A stretch of DNA of 64,000 bases from Candidatus Eiseniibacteriota bacterium (GCA_963707915.1 OY970178.1:864001-928000), one strand, 5' to 3'; shown: positions 39,964-50,320, numbered from the stretch's first letter. Numbers and translations: made by a program. Notes: generated by a model from the letters alone, not told the origin.

Positions 39964-40647
39964 TCAAAATGCGACATAGATCTTGATCCCGCTGAACTGG
40001 ACGACCCCGTTACGCACGGCGAAATGGGGCTCGCGGTAGGTGCCCGCCGGGTAGGTCTTCTCGGAGCGGTAGAGGCGGACTCCGTCCAGCCAGACCTGCA
40101 CGCGGCCGTCGCGCACCGCGAAGCGCAGCAGGTGCCAGTCCCCCTCGCTCACCGGCCGGGACGGCTTGATGACGCGCAGGACGTAGTCGACCCGGTCCAC
40201 CATGTGCCGCGCGCTGACCCGCCGCTGGCCGCCGAAGAGCACGGCACCGCTCTCGTGGTGCAGTTCGCGGCTGTCCCGCGTGAGCAGGTGGGCTTCGGCC
40301 ACGCGTCCCGCGGAGTCGGGCAGGAGGCGCACGCGGGTCTCGAGCAGGAAGTCCCCGCCGTGGTCGAACGGGGTGAAGTAGACCGCGAAGTCACCGGCGT
40401 CGTCGCGTCCCTCGAGCACGCCGTCCACGACCCGCCAGTCGCCCCAGCTCCACGCGCCGGCGTACGGCCCCTTGCGCACCTCCCACGCCATGGCCTGCCG
40501 CCACGTGGCGCCGTCGAGCACCAGGTCCGCGTTCGGCAGCGGGCGGGGCACGCTCTCGTAGAGACGCCGCAACGGCGCCCGATCCGTGCGCAACCCCAGG
40601 ATCGCAAGCACGAGCAGAATGGCGGCCACAATCAATGCTCTTCGCAT
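39964..40647 (-). CDS. Exported ConA-like/DUF1080-type beta-sandwich protein
   Basis: Signal anchor; WRVVDGVL, DFLLE, GDWHLLRF...VWLDG, VQFSGIKI. Confidence 0.65.
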   Translation of the reverse strand: MRRALIVAAILLVLAILGLRTDRAPLRRLYESVPRPLPNADLVLDGATWRQAMAWEVRKGPYAGAWSWGDWRVVDGVLEGRDDAGDFAVYFTPFDHGGDFLLETRVRLLPDSAGRVAEAHLLTRDSRELHHESGAVLFGGQRRVSARHMVDRVDYVLRVIKPSRPVSEGDWHLLRFAVRDGRVQVWLDGVRLYRSEKTYPAGTYREPHFAVRNGVVQFSGIKIYVAF

Positions 40648-40964
40648 CAGCCTCGGTCCCGGTCCACGTCACGCGGGGGATGCAGCATAACACCTCGGGC
40701 AAGCGACATCGCATGGGCGACGCCGGCTGCCGCGGCCGGGCCCGGCTCGCTCGGCCGCTGGTCACCGGCATCCAGCCGCGCTATCCTGCCCGTTCGGACT
40801 CGCACACGAGCGCCGCACCCTCCCGGGTTATCGGCACGCGCGAGCCGAGTCCGCAGGGGCAGGCCCGACGAATGGCGCGCGGAGGCCGGGGCACGGATCC
40901 GGCGCGCGGGCCGCGACGGGATCGCGCTCGAGCGACCCGGGGCGCGCAGACGGCTGCACGATGT

Positions 40965-41053
40965 GCCGGAGTGGCGGAACTGGCAGACGCGCGGGACTCA
41001 AAATCCCGTGAGGCTCAAACCTCGTGTGGGTTCGACCCCCACCTCCGGCACCA
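40965..41053 (+). tRNA. tRNA-Leu(CAA)
   Basis: GCCGGAGTGGCGGAACTGGCAGACGCG-CGGGA CT CAA AA TCCCG-long variable arm-GGGTTCGACCC...CTCCGGCACCA. Confidence 0.97.
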
Positions 41054-41068
41054 ATACCACAACAAGTT

Positions 41069-41092
41069 AGGGCGCCCCTTGTGAGGCGCCCT
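41069..41092 (+). terminator. Hairpin after tRNA-Leu
   Basis: AGGGCGCC-N8-GGCGCCCT; weak U-tract. Confidence 0.45.
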
Positions 41093-41268
41093 GGTCGTTG
41101 GAGTCGTCCAACGTAGCAGCTACCTGGCAACGGCATCGGCTTTCGCCGCACGTGCTGCCGCCGCCAACCGATTGAGTGTGGCGCAGAGAACGCAACGGGC
41201 AAGTCTGCGCGGGGCCTCGTGATTGGCCGGCGCGGCAGCTCGCGCGCGTCGCATTCATTCTGCTGGGC

Positions 41269-42045
41269 TCAATGGCCAACCGAAACGGGTGGCTCCGGGG
41301 TCCGACGTCTGAAGACGTAGATCGCCCAACCGAGCGTGTCTCGACCCCAGCGAAGGTATGCTGCCCTCTCCTTGGCTACTCGGCGCACAAGCTCCGGCAG
41401 ATCCGGGTCATCCGAATGCGAGCGCGCGTACTCGACCGTAGCGGCCCACTGCAGTCCTTCGTATCTATCCCAGTCGTCCTTGTTGCTCACAAGAGTGTGG
41501 ACGAGGTCGAGCCCCCGTTCCTCCCCCACCTCGACGTTGCCAGCGTGCGTCCCGAACGCCTCCCTCCCCTCGCCGAGGACCTGGAGGTACTCCTCAGATG
41601 GCTCCTGCAGCCAGTACGGCTCGCCCGTGATCACCCAGCCGCCGGGCACGACCATGCGTATGAGCGCATCCACAGTGCCGGCATGCCCTCCGTAGACCCA
41701 GCTGGCGCCAATGCAGGAGGCCACGGTGAAGCTGTGAGGCTCGTCCGGCTGGAAGTCGGCGCCGTTCATCTGAAGGAAGACGACCTGCGCGGCGGGCACC
41801 CGCACCCTGAGCCTACTTCCGGCTTCCGCAACGAAGAACGGTGAGAGGTCGATGCCCACGCAGCCGACCCTGTAGGCCTCGGCCAGGCGAGTCAGGAACT
41901 CGCCCTTGCCGCAGGCGATGTCGACCACGCGCGCGTTGGGCGGAAGCCGCAGCAGTTCCACAAGGCGGCCCAGCTTCTCCTCGCTCGTGGGATTGCAGAT
42001 CACGTGCTCGCGATGGGTGATGTCGTAGAACTTCCACGTGTCCAT
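41269..42045 (-). CDS. Class I SAM-dependent methyltransferase (YjhP-like)
   Basis: VVDIACGKG, CIGASW, GEPYW and LGWAIYV motifs. Confidence 0.88.
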   Translation of the reverse strand: MDTWKFYDITHREHVICNPTSEEKLGRLVELLRLPPNARVVDIACGKGEFLTRLAEAYRVGCVGIDLSPFFVAEAGSRLRVRVPAAQVVFLQMNGADFQPDEPHSFTVASCIGASWVYGGHAGTVDALIRMVVPGGWVITGEPYWLQEPSEEYLQVLGEGREAFGTHAGNVEVGEERGLDLVHTLVSNKDDWDRYEGLQWAATVEYARSHSDDPDLPELVRRVAKERAAYLRWGRDTLGWAIYVFRRRTPEPPVSVGH

Positions 42046-42068
42046 AGTCTAGTCTCGCGGCCCCCGAC

Positions 42069-43343
42069 TCACTTCCCCCAATTCACACCCAGGCTCGCCT
42101 GCCAGCCAGTCACGTCGTAGTCGGGCCGGTGGATCAACCGCTTGAACTCGGCGTACACCTGCTCCTCCTCGGCGTTCTTCGGATCTGCGCCATCACGGAA
42201 GCGTCCGCGTTGGGCTTGCAGCCACCGGGCCTCGAGAGTCCCGTGGAAGCGGTTCCAGATGTGGAACTGGTAGCCCGCCACGAACGTAACGCCGTAGCTG
42301 TAGTACGCGCCATCGGTCTTGACGTCGAGCGTGTCGAGCGTGGGCTCCTCCACGACGCGCAGGCGGATGGTCTCGTCGTTCTCGATGAACGCGATGCCCA
42401 GGCCGTAGTAGGCGCCGATTTCCCGCGTCCAGTCCCCACCGCGCCAGCGGCGCAGCACCTCGACCGTCGTGGGGACGCTGAGCACGTCCATAAAGTTGGT
42501 CTCCACCTTCACCGTCGGGTCGGTGACGTCCACCTTCGTGCGCGCAGACGAGAAGTTGAGCGCCGCGCGCGCGCCCCAGCACGGCCGGAACCAGTAGGAG
42601 TAGTCGAACCTCACTCCGCCGAGCGTGCCGTATACGCGGTTCATCTCGGACGCGGTCAGTTGGTGGCCGGTGCTGGATACGCCGACGAATCCACGCCAGG
42701 GCCCGTAGGGACTCGCGCGTTTCCAGCCGGGCGCCGACGCGGGCCCCTGCGGCGCGCCAGGCGAGGACGTGGTCGCGGTCACGAGTTCCTGGACCAGCGC
42801 CTTGACCAGGTTGAATCCGGCTTGCTGCGCGGCCTGCTCCGGCCGCAGCGGACCGGAGCACTTCCCCTCCTTCAAGAACCTCCACAACTCCCGTCCGGTT
42901 CGCGTGTCGGTGCACACGAAGCGCGCCTGCACACGTGCCTGCGCACCGAAGAAGCGCGCGAACGTCGAGGGCACGTCGATGTAGGTGATGGTGGTGGCGA
43001 GGTCAAGGCGCTGAGGTTCCGACGCCGGGCCGGGCGCGCCGGCCGCGGCGTCGGCGGCGGTCGTGTCGACGAGCGTGGAGACGGGGGCCGCGGTCTCCAC
43101 GACTCGTTCGAACACGCCTCGCTGGCTGAGTTGCTTGATGGCGCGGGCGCGCAGCATGACCTCGAGCCCGCTCGGGAAGCCCTGGGCGGCCGCATCGCGG
43201 TCCACCACGAACGGCGCCACACCGGCCACCGTGTAGGCGGCAAGCCTGCCCGCCGTCGGCTCGGCGGACGCACGGCTGCCGGTCGGGAGCAGCGCCGCGG
43301 AAAGGGCCAGTGCCAGAGCGAACCACGTGCGGGGATTCGGCAT
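42069..43343 (-). CDS. Exported protein: DUF4410-like N-terminal domain plus C-terminal OM beta-barrel-like domain
   Basis: Signal peptide; ARFFGAQARVQARFVCTDTRTG; C-terminal beta strands ending WQASLGVNWGK. Confidence 0.55.
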   Translation of the reverse strand: MPNPRTWFALALALSAALLPTGSRASAEPTAGRLAAYTVAGVAPFVVDRDAAAQGFPSGLEVMLRARAIKQLSQRGVFERVVETAAPVSTLVDTTAADAAAGAPGPASEPQRLDLATTITYIDVPSTFARFFGAQARVQARFVCTDTRTGRELWRFLKEGKCSGPLRPEQAAQQAGFNLVKALVQELVTATTSSPGAPQGPASAPGWKRASPYGPWRGFVGVSSTGHQLTASEMNRVYGTLGGVRFDYSYWFRPCWGARAALNFSSARTKVDVTDPTVKVETNFMDVLSVPTTVEVLRRWRGGDWTREIGAYYGLGIAFIENDETIRLRVVEEPTLDTLDVKTDGAYYSYGVTFVAGYQFHIWNRFHGTLEARWLQAQRGRFRDGADPKNAEEEQVYAEFKRLIHRPDYDVTGWQASLGVNWGK

Positions 43344-43659
43344 CGAACGTTCCTCCTCGGCCGCCGCGACATAACCGCTGCGGAGCGTGAGCGTAGGAAC
43401 ACTCATACGGGCAGATCCGACTATATGCCCGTCGTGGTCGCCCGCACCACGGAAAGTTCGCCCGCCTCGCCCGCCTCGCCCGCCTGGGCGCGAGCGAGCC
43501 GCGTACCGGTGACGCTGACCTCGCCCCGGTCACTCGGGCACTCACAACCCCGGAGGACCGAAGGACTCGTTACGCGTAGGACGGGGAGCCGGTCGATCGC
43601 GGCGGTGGCCGACGACGTCCCCGGCGACGATTGTCGGCCGGCGGGATCGCGTGCGGCAG

Positions 43660-44355
43660 CTACGAGCGGCCGAACTCCTCGTCCCCCGGCCGCTCGGCAT
43701 CTTCGGCGTGGTGCTTGATGACCCGCGCTTCGGTGATGAAGACGACCTCTTCGGCGATGTTGGTGGCGAGGTCGGCCACGCGCTCGAGGTTGCGCGCCAC
43801 CAGGATCAACTCCATCGCCCGGTTGATGGTCATCGGGTCCTCGACCATGAAGCCGACGAGATCGTGGAAGACCTGTCGGTTGAGGGCGTCCACCTCGTCG
43901 TCCCGGGCACACAGCCGCCGCGCACTCTCGGCGTCACGCCTCACGAACGCGTCCAGCGCCTCGTGCAGCATGCCGCCCGCGAGCCCGGCCATGCGCGGGA
44001 TGTCCACCAGGGGCTTGAGCAGGGGCTCGCCCGCCAGCCGGAGCACACCGCCTGCGATGTTCACCGCGTGATCTCCCACGCGTTCAAGATCGTTGTTGAT
44101 CTTGAGGCCCGCCGTGATGAACCTCAGGTCACGGGCCATCGGCTGCTGGAGCGCGAGCAGGCGCACGCATCGCTCATCGATGTCGATCTCCATGCGGTCG
44201 ATGACCTGGTCCTCGCCGAGGACCTCCTCCGCCAGGCTCACGTCGAGGCGGCGCAGCGCCTCGACCGCCTTGAGCACGATGCCCTCGGCGCGCCCGCCCA
44301 TGAGCAGCAGCTGCTCCTTGAGACCCTCCAGCTCGCGTTCGAAGTGTCGTTCCAC
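43660..44355 (-). CDS. phoU: Phosphate signalling protein PhoU
   Basis: QQPMARDLR, DLERVGDHA and NLERVADLATNIAE motifs. Confidence 0.96.
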   Translation of the reverse strand: MERHFERELEGLKEQLLLMGGRAEGIVLKAVEALRRLDVSLAEEVLGEDQVIDRMEIDIDERCVRLLALQQPMARDLRFITAGLKINNDLERVGDHAVNIAGGVLRLAGEPLLKPLVDIPRMAGLAGGMLHEALDAFVRRDAESARRLCARDDEVDALNRQVFHDLVGFMVEDPMTINRAMELILVARNLERVADLATNIAEEVVFITEARVIKHHAEDAERPGDEEFGRS

Positions 44356-44379
44356 GTCGGTCCCCTGTGGATCGCGGCG

Positions 44380-45120
44380 CTAGCCGAAGCGCCCGGTGAT
44401 GTAGTCCTCGGTGAGCTTCTGGCGCGGCCGGGTGAAGAGCTGGCGGGTCTCGCCCACCTCGATCAGCTCGCCGACGAGCATGAAGGCGGTGCGGTCCGAG
44501 ACGCGGGCCGCCTGCTGCATGTTGTGCGTCACCATCACGATGGTATAGCGCTCCTTGAGCTCGAGGACCAGCTCCTCGATGCGCGCCGTGGCCGTCGGGT
44601 CGAGCGCGGAGGCCGGCTCGTCCATCAGGAGCACCTCGGGCTCCACCGCCAGCGCGCGGGCGATGCAGAGACGCTGCTGCTGGCCGCCCGAGAGGGCCAG
44701 GGCCGACTTCCCGAGCCGGTCCCGCACTTCGTCCCACAGGGCGGCGTGCCGCAGGCCGGCCTCGACGCGCGCCTCCAGTTCGGCGCGATCCCGCAGGCCG
44801 AGCAGGCGCAGGCCGAAGGCCACGTTGTCGAAGATGGACTTGGGGAATGGGTTCGGGCGCTGGAACACCATGCCGACACGGCGGCGCAGCTCCACCACGT
44901 CGGTCGCGGCCGCGTAGACGTCGAGGCCCGAGACCCGCACCTCACCCTGCACGCGCACACCCGGGATGAGGTCGTTCATGCGGTTGAAGGAGCGCAGCAG
45001 GGTGCTCTTGCCGCAGCCCGAGGGCCCGATGATGGCGGTGACGCTGTGCGCGGGCACGTCGAGCGTGACCTGCTTGAGTGCGTGGTGCGGCCCGTACCAC
45101 AGGTCGAAGTCGCGTGTCAC
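44380..45120 (-). CDS. pstB: Phosphate ABC transporter ATPase (start uncertain)
   Basis: [30 protein letters not shown] and YITGRFG motifs. Confidence 0.96.
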   Translation of the reverse strand: MTRDFDLWYGPHHALKQVTLDVPAHSVTAIIGPSGCGKSTLLRSFNRMNDLIPGVRVQGEVRVSGLDVYAAATDVVELRRRVGMVFQRPNPFPKSIFDNVAFGLRLLGLRDRAELEARVEAGLRHAALWDEVRDRLGKSALALSGGQQQRLCIARALAVEPEVLLMDEPASALDPTATARIEELVLELKERYTIVMVTHNMQQAARVSDRTAFMLVGELIEVGETRQLFTRPRQKLTEDYITGRFG

Positions 45121-45258
45121 GACGCACGGCTCCGCCGCCGCTGGCGCGTGGCGGCCCCCGCGGCGGCTCCTTCTTCGGCCGGCGCTGCATGGGCAGCCTC
45201 GACGCGCCGGTCCTCCGGCAGGATGGTGCGGATCGTGGGCGGGGTCTCCACCGTCACC

Positions 45259-46144
45259 TCAGTTCCTCCCCGGCAGGCGTCTGAGCGTGATGCGCAGGAC
45301 CGCCGAGAGCAGCGTCACCAGCATGAGCAATACGAGCGCCCCGGTCCAGGCCTGGCGGTTCCAGTCCTCGTAGGGCGCACGCGCGTAGTCGAAGATGAAG
45401 ACCGGCAGCGAGGCCATGGGCTGGTCGAGCCGCAGCGACCAGAAGCGGTTGCCGAGCGCGGTGAAGAGCAGCGGTGCGGTCTCGCCCGCAGCGCGCGCGA
45501 TCGCCAGCATGGTGGCGGTCACGATGCCGGCCGAGGCCGAAGGGATCACCACCTCCTGGATGGTGCGCCAGCTGCGGCGCCCCCAGCGCCAGCGACGCCT
45601 CGCGGTACGAGCGAGGCACGAGCCGCACCACCTCCTCGGTGGAGCGCACGATGGTCGGCAGCATCAGGATGCCCAGCGCCACGCCGCCGGCCAGCGCGGA
45701 GAAGCGCCCCATCGGGACCACGACCAGCCCGTAGGCCGCCACGCCCACCACGATCGAGGGCACGCCGGCCAGCACGTCGGCGGTGTAGCGGACCAGTGCG
45801 GCGAAGCGCCCGTGACCGTACTCGGAGAGCCACACGCCCGCGCCCACGCCGACCGGCACCGCGATCACCGCTCCGAGCCCGACCAGTACGAGCGTGCCGA
45901 CGATGGCGTTGGCCATGCCGCCACCGGACTCACCCACCGGCTTCGGCATGTGCAGGAAGAAGGCGAGATTCAGCGCGGGCAGCCCCTTCGCGAGCAGGTG
46001 CCAGACGATGAGCGCCAGGGGCAGGATGACGATGGCGGAGGCGATCCAGCAGGCCGCCAGGTTCGCGGCGTTCCACAGGCGGCGATCCCACGAGGGCCCG
46101 CTCGGCCACAGTCGCCTCAAGGTCCTAGGCCGCGCCGGAGACAT
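45259..46144 (-). pseudogene. pstA: Phosphate ABC permease PstA with a +1 frameshift at about 45572
   Basis: First frame reads to ...REASLALGAPQ; second frame resumes WRTIQEVVIP...ARAAGETAPL. Confidence 0.9.
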
Positions 46145-47120
46145 CGCGCCTCCCTCCCGTGGCCCAGTGCACGAGCACCCGGGCCACGGCGTTCACCACC
46201 AGCGTGAGCACGAACAGCACCAGGGCGATCTCGATCAGAGACGAGAGGTACAGGTCGCCCGTGGCCTCGGTGAACTCGTTGGCGATCACGCTCGCCATGG
46301 TCGAGCCGGGCGCGAGCAGCGAGGCGGAGATGCGGTTGCTGTTGCCGATCACCATCGTGACCGCCATGGTCTCGCCCAGCGCACGCCCCAGCGCCAGGAT
46401 GATCGCACCGAGGATGCCGGGCCGCGCGGCGTCCAGCACGACCCCGATCGCCTCGCTGCGGGTCGAGCCCAGCGCCAGCGCGGCCTCGCGCAGCGTCCGC
46501 GGCGTGGAGAGCAGGATCTCGCGCGAGAGCGAGACGATGGTGGGCAGCACCATCACGGCCAGCACGATCCCGGCGTTCAACATGCCGATGCCGAACGGGA
46601 AGCCCTGGAAGAACGGCAGGAACCCCAGGTGCCCGACGAGCCACGGCTCGACCACGGTGCGCAGGAAGGGCGCGAGCACGAACAGCCCCCAGATGCCGTA
46701 GACGATGCTGGGGATGGAGGCCAGCAGCTCCACCACGAAGGCCACCGCGTCGCCCACGCGCCGCGGCGCCAGCTCGGCGAGGAACACGGCCGCGCCGAGG
46801 CCAAGCGGTACGGCGAGCAGCATGGCGATGGTCGAGGAGACCACGGTGCCGTAAAGATACGGCAGCGCCCCGAATCTACCCGCGACCGGATCCCACTCCG
46901 TGGAGGTGAAGAAACGCCAGCCGAAGGTCCGGATGGACAGCCCCGAGCCGCGCGCCGACTCGTAGACGATGAGCGCGGCGATCACGAAGATGAGCAGTGC
47001 GAAGCTGGTCAGCAGCCCCCGGTAGGCTTCATCGGCAAACGCCCAGCGCCGCGCGGCCCCGGGCGGGCGTGCAGGCCATGGCGTGGCCACGGCCTGCGCG
47101 GGGACCGTCCGTTCGCTCAA
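46125..47120 (-). CDS. pstC: Phosphate ABC permease PstC
   Basis: WDP...FGALP, ELLASIPSIVYG and GRALGETMAV motifs. Confidence 0.95.
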   Translation of the reverse strand: MSERTVPAQAVATPWPARPPGAARRWAFADEAYRGLLTSFALLIFVIAALIVYESARGSGLSIRTFGWRFFTSTEWDPVAGRFGALPYLYGTVVSSTIAMLLAVPLGLGAAVFLAELAPRRVGDAVAFVVELLASIPSIVYGIWGLFVLAPFLRTVVEPWLVGHLGFLPFFQGFPFGIGMLNAGIVLAVMVLPTIVSLSREILLSTPRTLREAALALGSTRSEAIGVVLDAARPGILGAIILALGRALGETMAVTMVIGNSNRISASLLAPGSTMASVIANEFTEATGDLYLSSLIEIALVLFVLTLVVNAVARVLVHWATGGRRDVSGAA

Positions 47121-47142
47121 CTCGAGAGTCCTTCCATCCCGC

Positions 47143-48213
47143 TCAGCGCCGGCCGAGCAAGGGCTTGCCGCCGGAGGTGAGCACCAGCACGTTCGCCTCG
47201 TTCACCTTGACCACCGCCTCGGGCAGCCGGGCGTAGTCCAGGGCCTCGACCATCTCCTGGCCGTCACGCATGGCCCAGCGGATGAACTCGGCCAGCGCAC
47301 GGCCCTTCGCCGGGTCCTTCTGTTCGCGGTACACGAGCAGGTAGGTGAGCCCCGAGATCGGCCAGGCGTCCGGCGCGGACGAGTTCACGATGGGCGCGCG
47401 CACGTCCTTCGCGAGCGCGGCGGCGGCACCCCCCACGGCCGCGGTCGTGGAGGCGAGAGTCGGCTCCACGAAGCGGCCGGCCTGGTTGCGCAGCACGGCC
47501 ACCGGCAGGCGGTTCTGCTTCGCGTACGCCAGCTCCACGTAACCGATCGCACCCGGGGTCTGGCGCACGAGACCCGCCACGCCGTCGTTGCCCTTGCCGC
47601 CCACTCCGGAGGGCCAGGAGACCGAGGTGTTGGCGCCCACCAACTTCATCCATTCGCCGCTCACCGCCGAAAGATACATCGTGAAGATGTTGGTGGTGCC
47701 GCTGCCGTCGGAGCGGTGCACCGCCAGGATCGGGGCGGCCGGCAGCGCCACGCCGGGGTTCACCGCCGCCACACGCTTGTCATTCCAGGTCGTGATCCTG
47801 CCCATGTAGATGGCGGTGAGAACCTCGGGGGTGAGCCTCAACCGCTCCCGGAGGCCGGGGAGGTTGTAGGCCAGGACCACGGCACCCGCCACGGTGGGGA
47901 AGTGAATCACCGGGCGAGGCAGCTCCTTGAGGCGGTCATTCGAGAGTGCCGCGTCGCTGGCCCCGAAATCCACGGTACCGGCCTTCACCTGCTGGATGCC
48001 GGCGCCGCTGCCGATGGACTGGTAGTTGATCGTGACGCCGGTCTTCTGTCGATAGGTGTCGAACCACTTCGAGTAGACGGGGTAGGGAAACGTGGCGCCC
48101 GCACCCGTGAGGTTCTGGGCCGCGGCACCCGTTACGTGCACGGCGCTGCCCAGCACCACCCCGGCGATGACCCACGCCGCCGCTACTGCCGCCTGCTTCA
48201 GCGAGCCCCTCAT
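47143..48213 (-). CDS. pstS: Phosphate-binding protein PstS
   Basis: GAGATFP, YQSIGSGAG, DFGASD and HRSDGSGTT motifs; AAAGGAG RBS. Confidence 0.96.
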   Translation of the reverse strand: MRGSLKQAAVAAAWVIAGVVLGSAVHVTGAAAQNLTGAGATFPYPVYSKWFDTYRQKTGVTINYQSIGSGAGIQQVKAGTVDFGASDAALSNDRLKELPRPVIHFPTVAGAVVLAYNLPGLRERLRLTPEVLTAIYMGRITTWNDKRVAAVNPGVALPAAPILAVHRSDGSGTTNIFTMYLSAVSGEWMKLVGANTSVSWPSGVGGKGNDGVAGLVRQTPGAIGYVELAYAKQNRLPVAVLRNQAGRFVEPTLASTTAAVGGAAAALAKDVRAPIVNSSAPDAWPISGLTYLLVYREQKDPAKGRALAEFIRWAMRDGQEMVEALDYARLPEAVVKVNEANVLVLTSGGKPLLGRR

Positions 48214-48490
48214 GCGCTTTCTCCTTTCACCACCTCGGCGCTGACGCGCTCGACCGGGAGCCACCCGGTGGTCCATTCCCGCCCCGGCCACCGCCGCCGC
48301 CCGGGATCCGAACATCCGCCGCGCCCGCGCATGGAGGTCGGGCAGGGTGTGATGGACGCGGAAGAGACCGGGTGGGCGGCGGGCGATGGCGCGGATGAGG
48401 TTCGGCACCGCGGCCTTCGTCATGAGGGCCGGGCGTCCGCGGTGCGGTCGAGCAGTGGGCGGCTTCACGCCCAGAAGAACACCACGAACC

Positions 48491-48521
48491 GTGTTACGGC
48501 GCGGTTACCGCCCCATGACGT
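48491..48521 (-). promoter_or_regulatory. Pho-box-like 11-bp-period direct repeats upstream of pstS
   Basis: Minus strand CGTCATGGGGC GGTAACCGCGC CGTAACACGG; three GT(C/A)A(T/C) cores exactly 11 bp apart. Confidence 0.7.
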
Positions 48522-48554
48522 CGGAGGAAATTCGACGGTCCGGGGCCGGCCGGC

Positions 48555-50320
48555 TCAGGCGGCGGGCGCCGGGCCCCGGGCCGGCTCGCGCGGGATCTCC
48601 ACGCGGAAGCGGCTGCCCTCGCCCGGCCTACTGTGGAGGGCCACCTCGCCCCCGTGCAGTCCGGCGATGTGCTTGACGATGGCCAGCCCCAGCCCCGTGC
48701 CGCCCTTCTCGCGCGAGCGGGCCTTGTCCACGCGGTAGAAGCGCTCGAAGACGCGCGGCTGGTCGCCCTCCGGGATTCCGCAGCCCGTGTCCTCGACCTC
48801 ACACCACACGCGCTCGTTCGCTTCCCCCGCCCGCACCCGCACTGCTCCGCGCTCGGTGTACTTCACGGCGTTGTCGAGCAGGTTCGCCAGGAGTTGCTCG
48901 ACGAGACCGCGGTCGGCGGTCACCGGCAGCGTCGGCCCCGGCTCGACCGCCAGCTCGAGCCCGGCCTTCGCGGCGCGCGATTGGAACGCCGCCGCCTGCC
49001 GCGCCACGGCATCGCGCAGGTCGAAACGCTCGAGGTGGAGCCGGGCGTCGGGCCGCTCCAGGCCCGCCAGCGTCAGCAGGTCCTCGGCGATGGCCTCGAG
49101 CCGCACCGCCTGATCGCGTATCACCTGCACGAAGCGCACCCGGTTCTCCGGGTCGTCGAGGCCGCCCTCCAGCAGGGTTTCCGCGTAGCCGCGCAGCGAG
49201 GTCAACGGGGTGCGCAGCTCATGCGAGACGTTGGCCACGAAGTCCTGGCGTACACGGTCGATGCGCTCGGCTTCCGAGAGGTCGTGCAGCACGAGCAGCA
49301 CCGTGCCACCGCCGGAACCCCCCAGCGACGTCGCGGTGGCATGCACGAGCCGCTGGTCGTGCGTCCAGAGCCGCAGATCCACTTCCTGCGTGCGTCCGCC
49401 TTCACGCACGGTCCGTACCAGCCCGACCAGTTCCGGTGAGCGCACGAACTCGGCCAGCGACGTGCCGGCTTCGGCCGGAAGCGGCGCTCCCGCCATCTCC
49501 GCGAAGCTGCGATTCATCCGCACGATGCGGCCCGTGCCATCCACCAGGACCACTCCGTCCGACAGGTGCGCCAGGATCTGCTCGCGCTCGTCGCGCTCGC
49601 GCTCCAATGCGGTGAGCCGCGACCGGCCCTCGGCCGCCATCTCGTTGAGTGCCCGCCCGAGCCGCCCCAGTTCGTCCGCGGGCTGCTCCAGGGCCCGCAC
49701 GGTGAGGTCACCGCGGCCCAGGCGGCGCGCCACCGCTTCGAGCTGACCCGTGCGTGCCGCCTGGCGCCGGGCGGCCCAGAGCACGACGGGCACGCTCAGC
49801 AGCAGCGCAAGCGCTGCGGCTGCCAGCGAGAGCCGGAGCAGGGACATGTCGAGGGCGCGCACCATCACGAGCGGCTCGGCGAGGCGCACGACTGCGACGG
49901 GGCTCCCGGCCGGGCCCGGAACAGCGACGTAGACCAGGTCGACGCCGAGCGTGTGGCTGTGACGCATCGAGCGCCCGGTACGGCCACGCAACGCGGCCCC
50001 CACCTCCGGCCGGCCCGCGTGATTCTCGACCGACGCCAGTCGCCCGGACGGGACTTCGGAGTCGCCCAGGACACGCCCCGCGCTGTCGATGAGCGTCACC
50101 CGATAACCCAGCGTCGTTCCGAGGCGGGCGGCCGTGGCCGCCCACTCGCCGGGCTGCGACAGGCCGGCCGCCACGTGCCGCCCCGCGCGCTCGAGGCTCT
50201 CGGCCGTCCGGTCCGCCACCCACGCGCGCTGCTGCCGAACGACCAGCAGGGTCATGAGGGTCAGGGCCACCGCCACGACCGCGACGTGCCACACGACCAG
50301 GCGCACCCGCAGGGAGGGAT

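Noticed and set aside
41054..43400. Prophage or integron at tRNA-Leu
   Set aside because: No integrase, phage genes, att duplication or canonical RYYYAAC/GTTRRRY attC pair found.
43458..43484. TCGCCCGCC x3 tandem repeat after GGAAAGT (RNase P-like start)
   Set aside because: Low-complexity GC repeat; the remaining RNase P consensus is absent.
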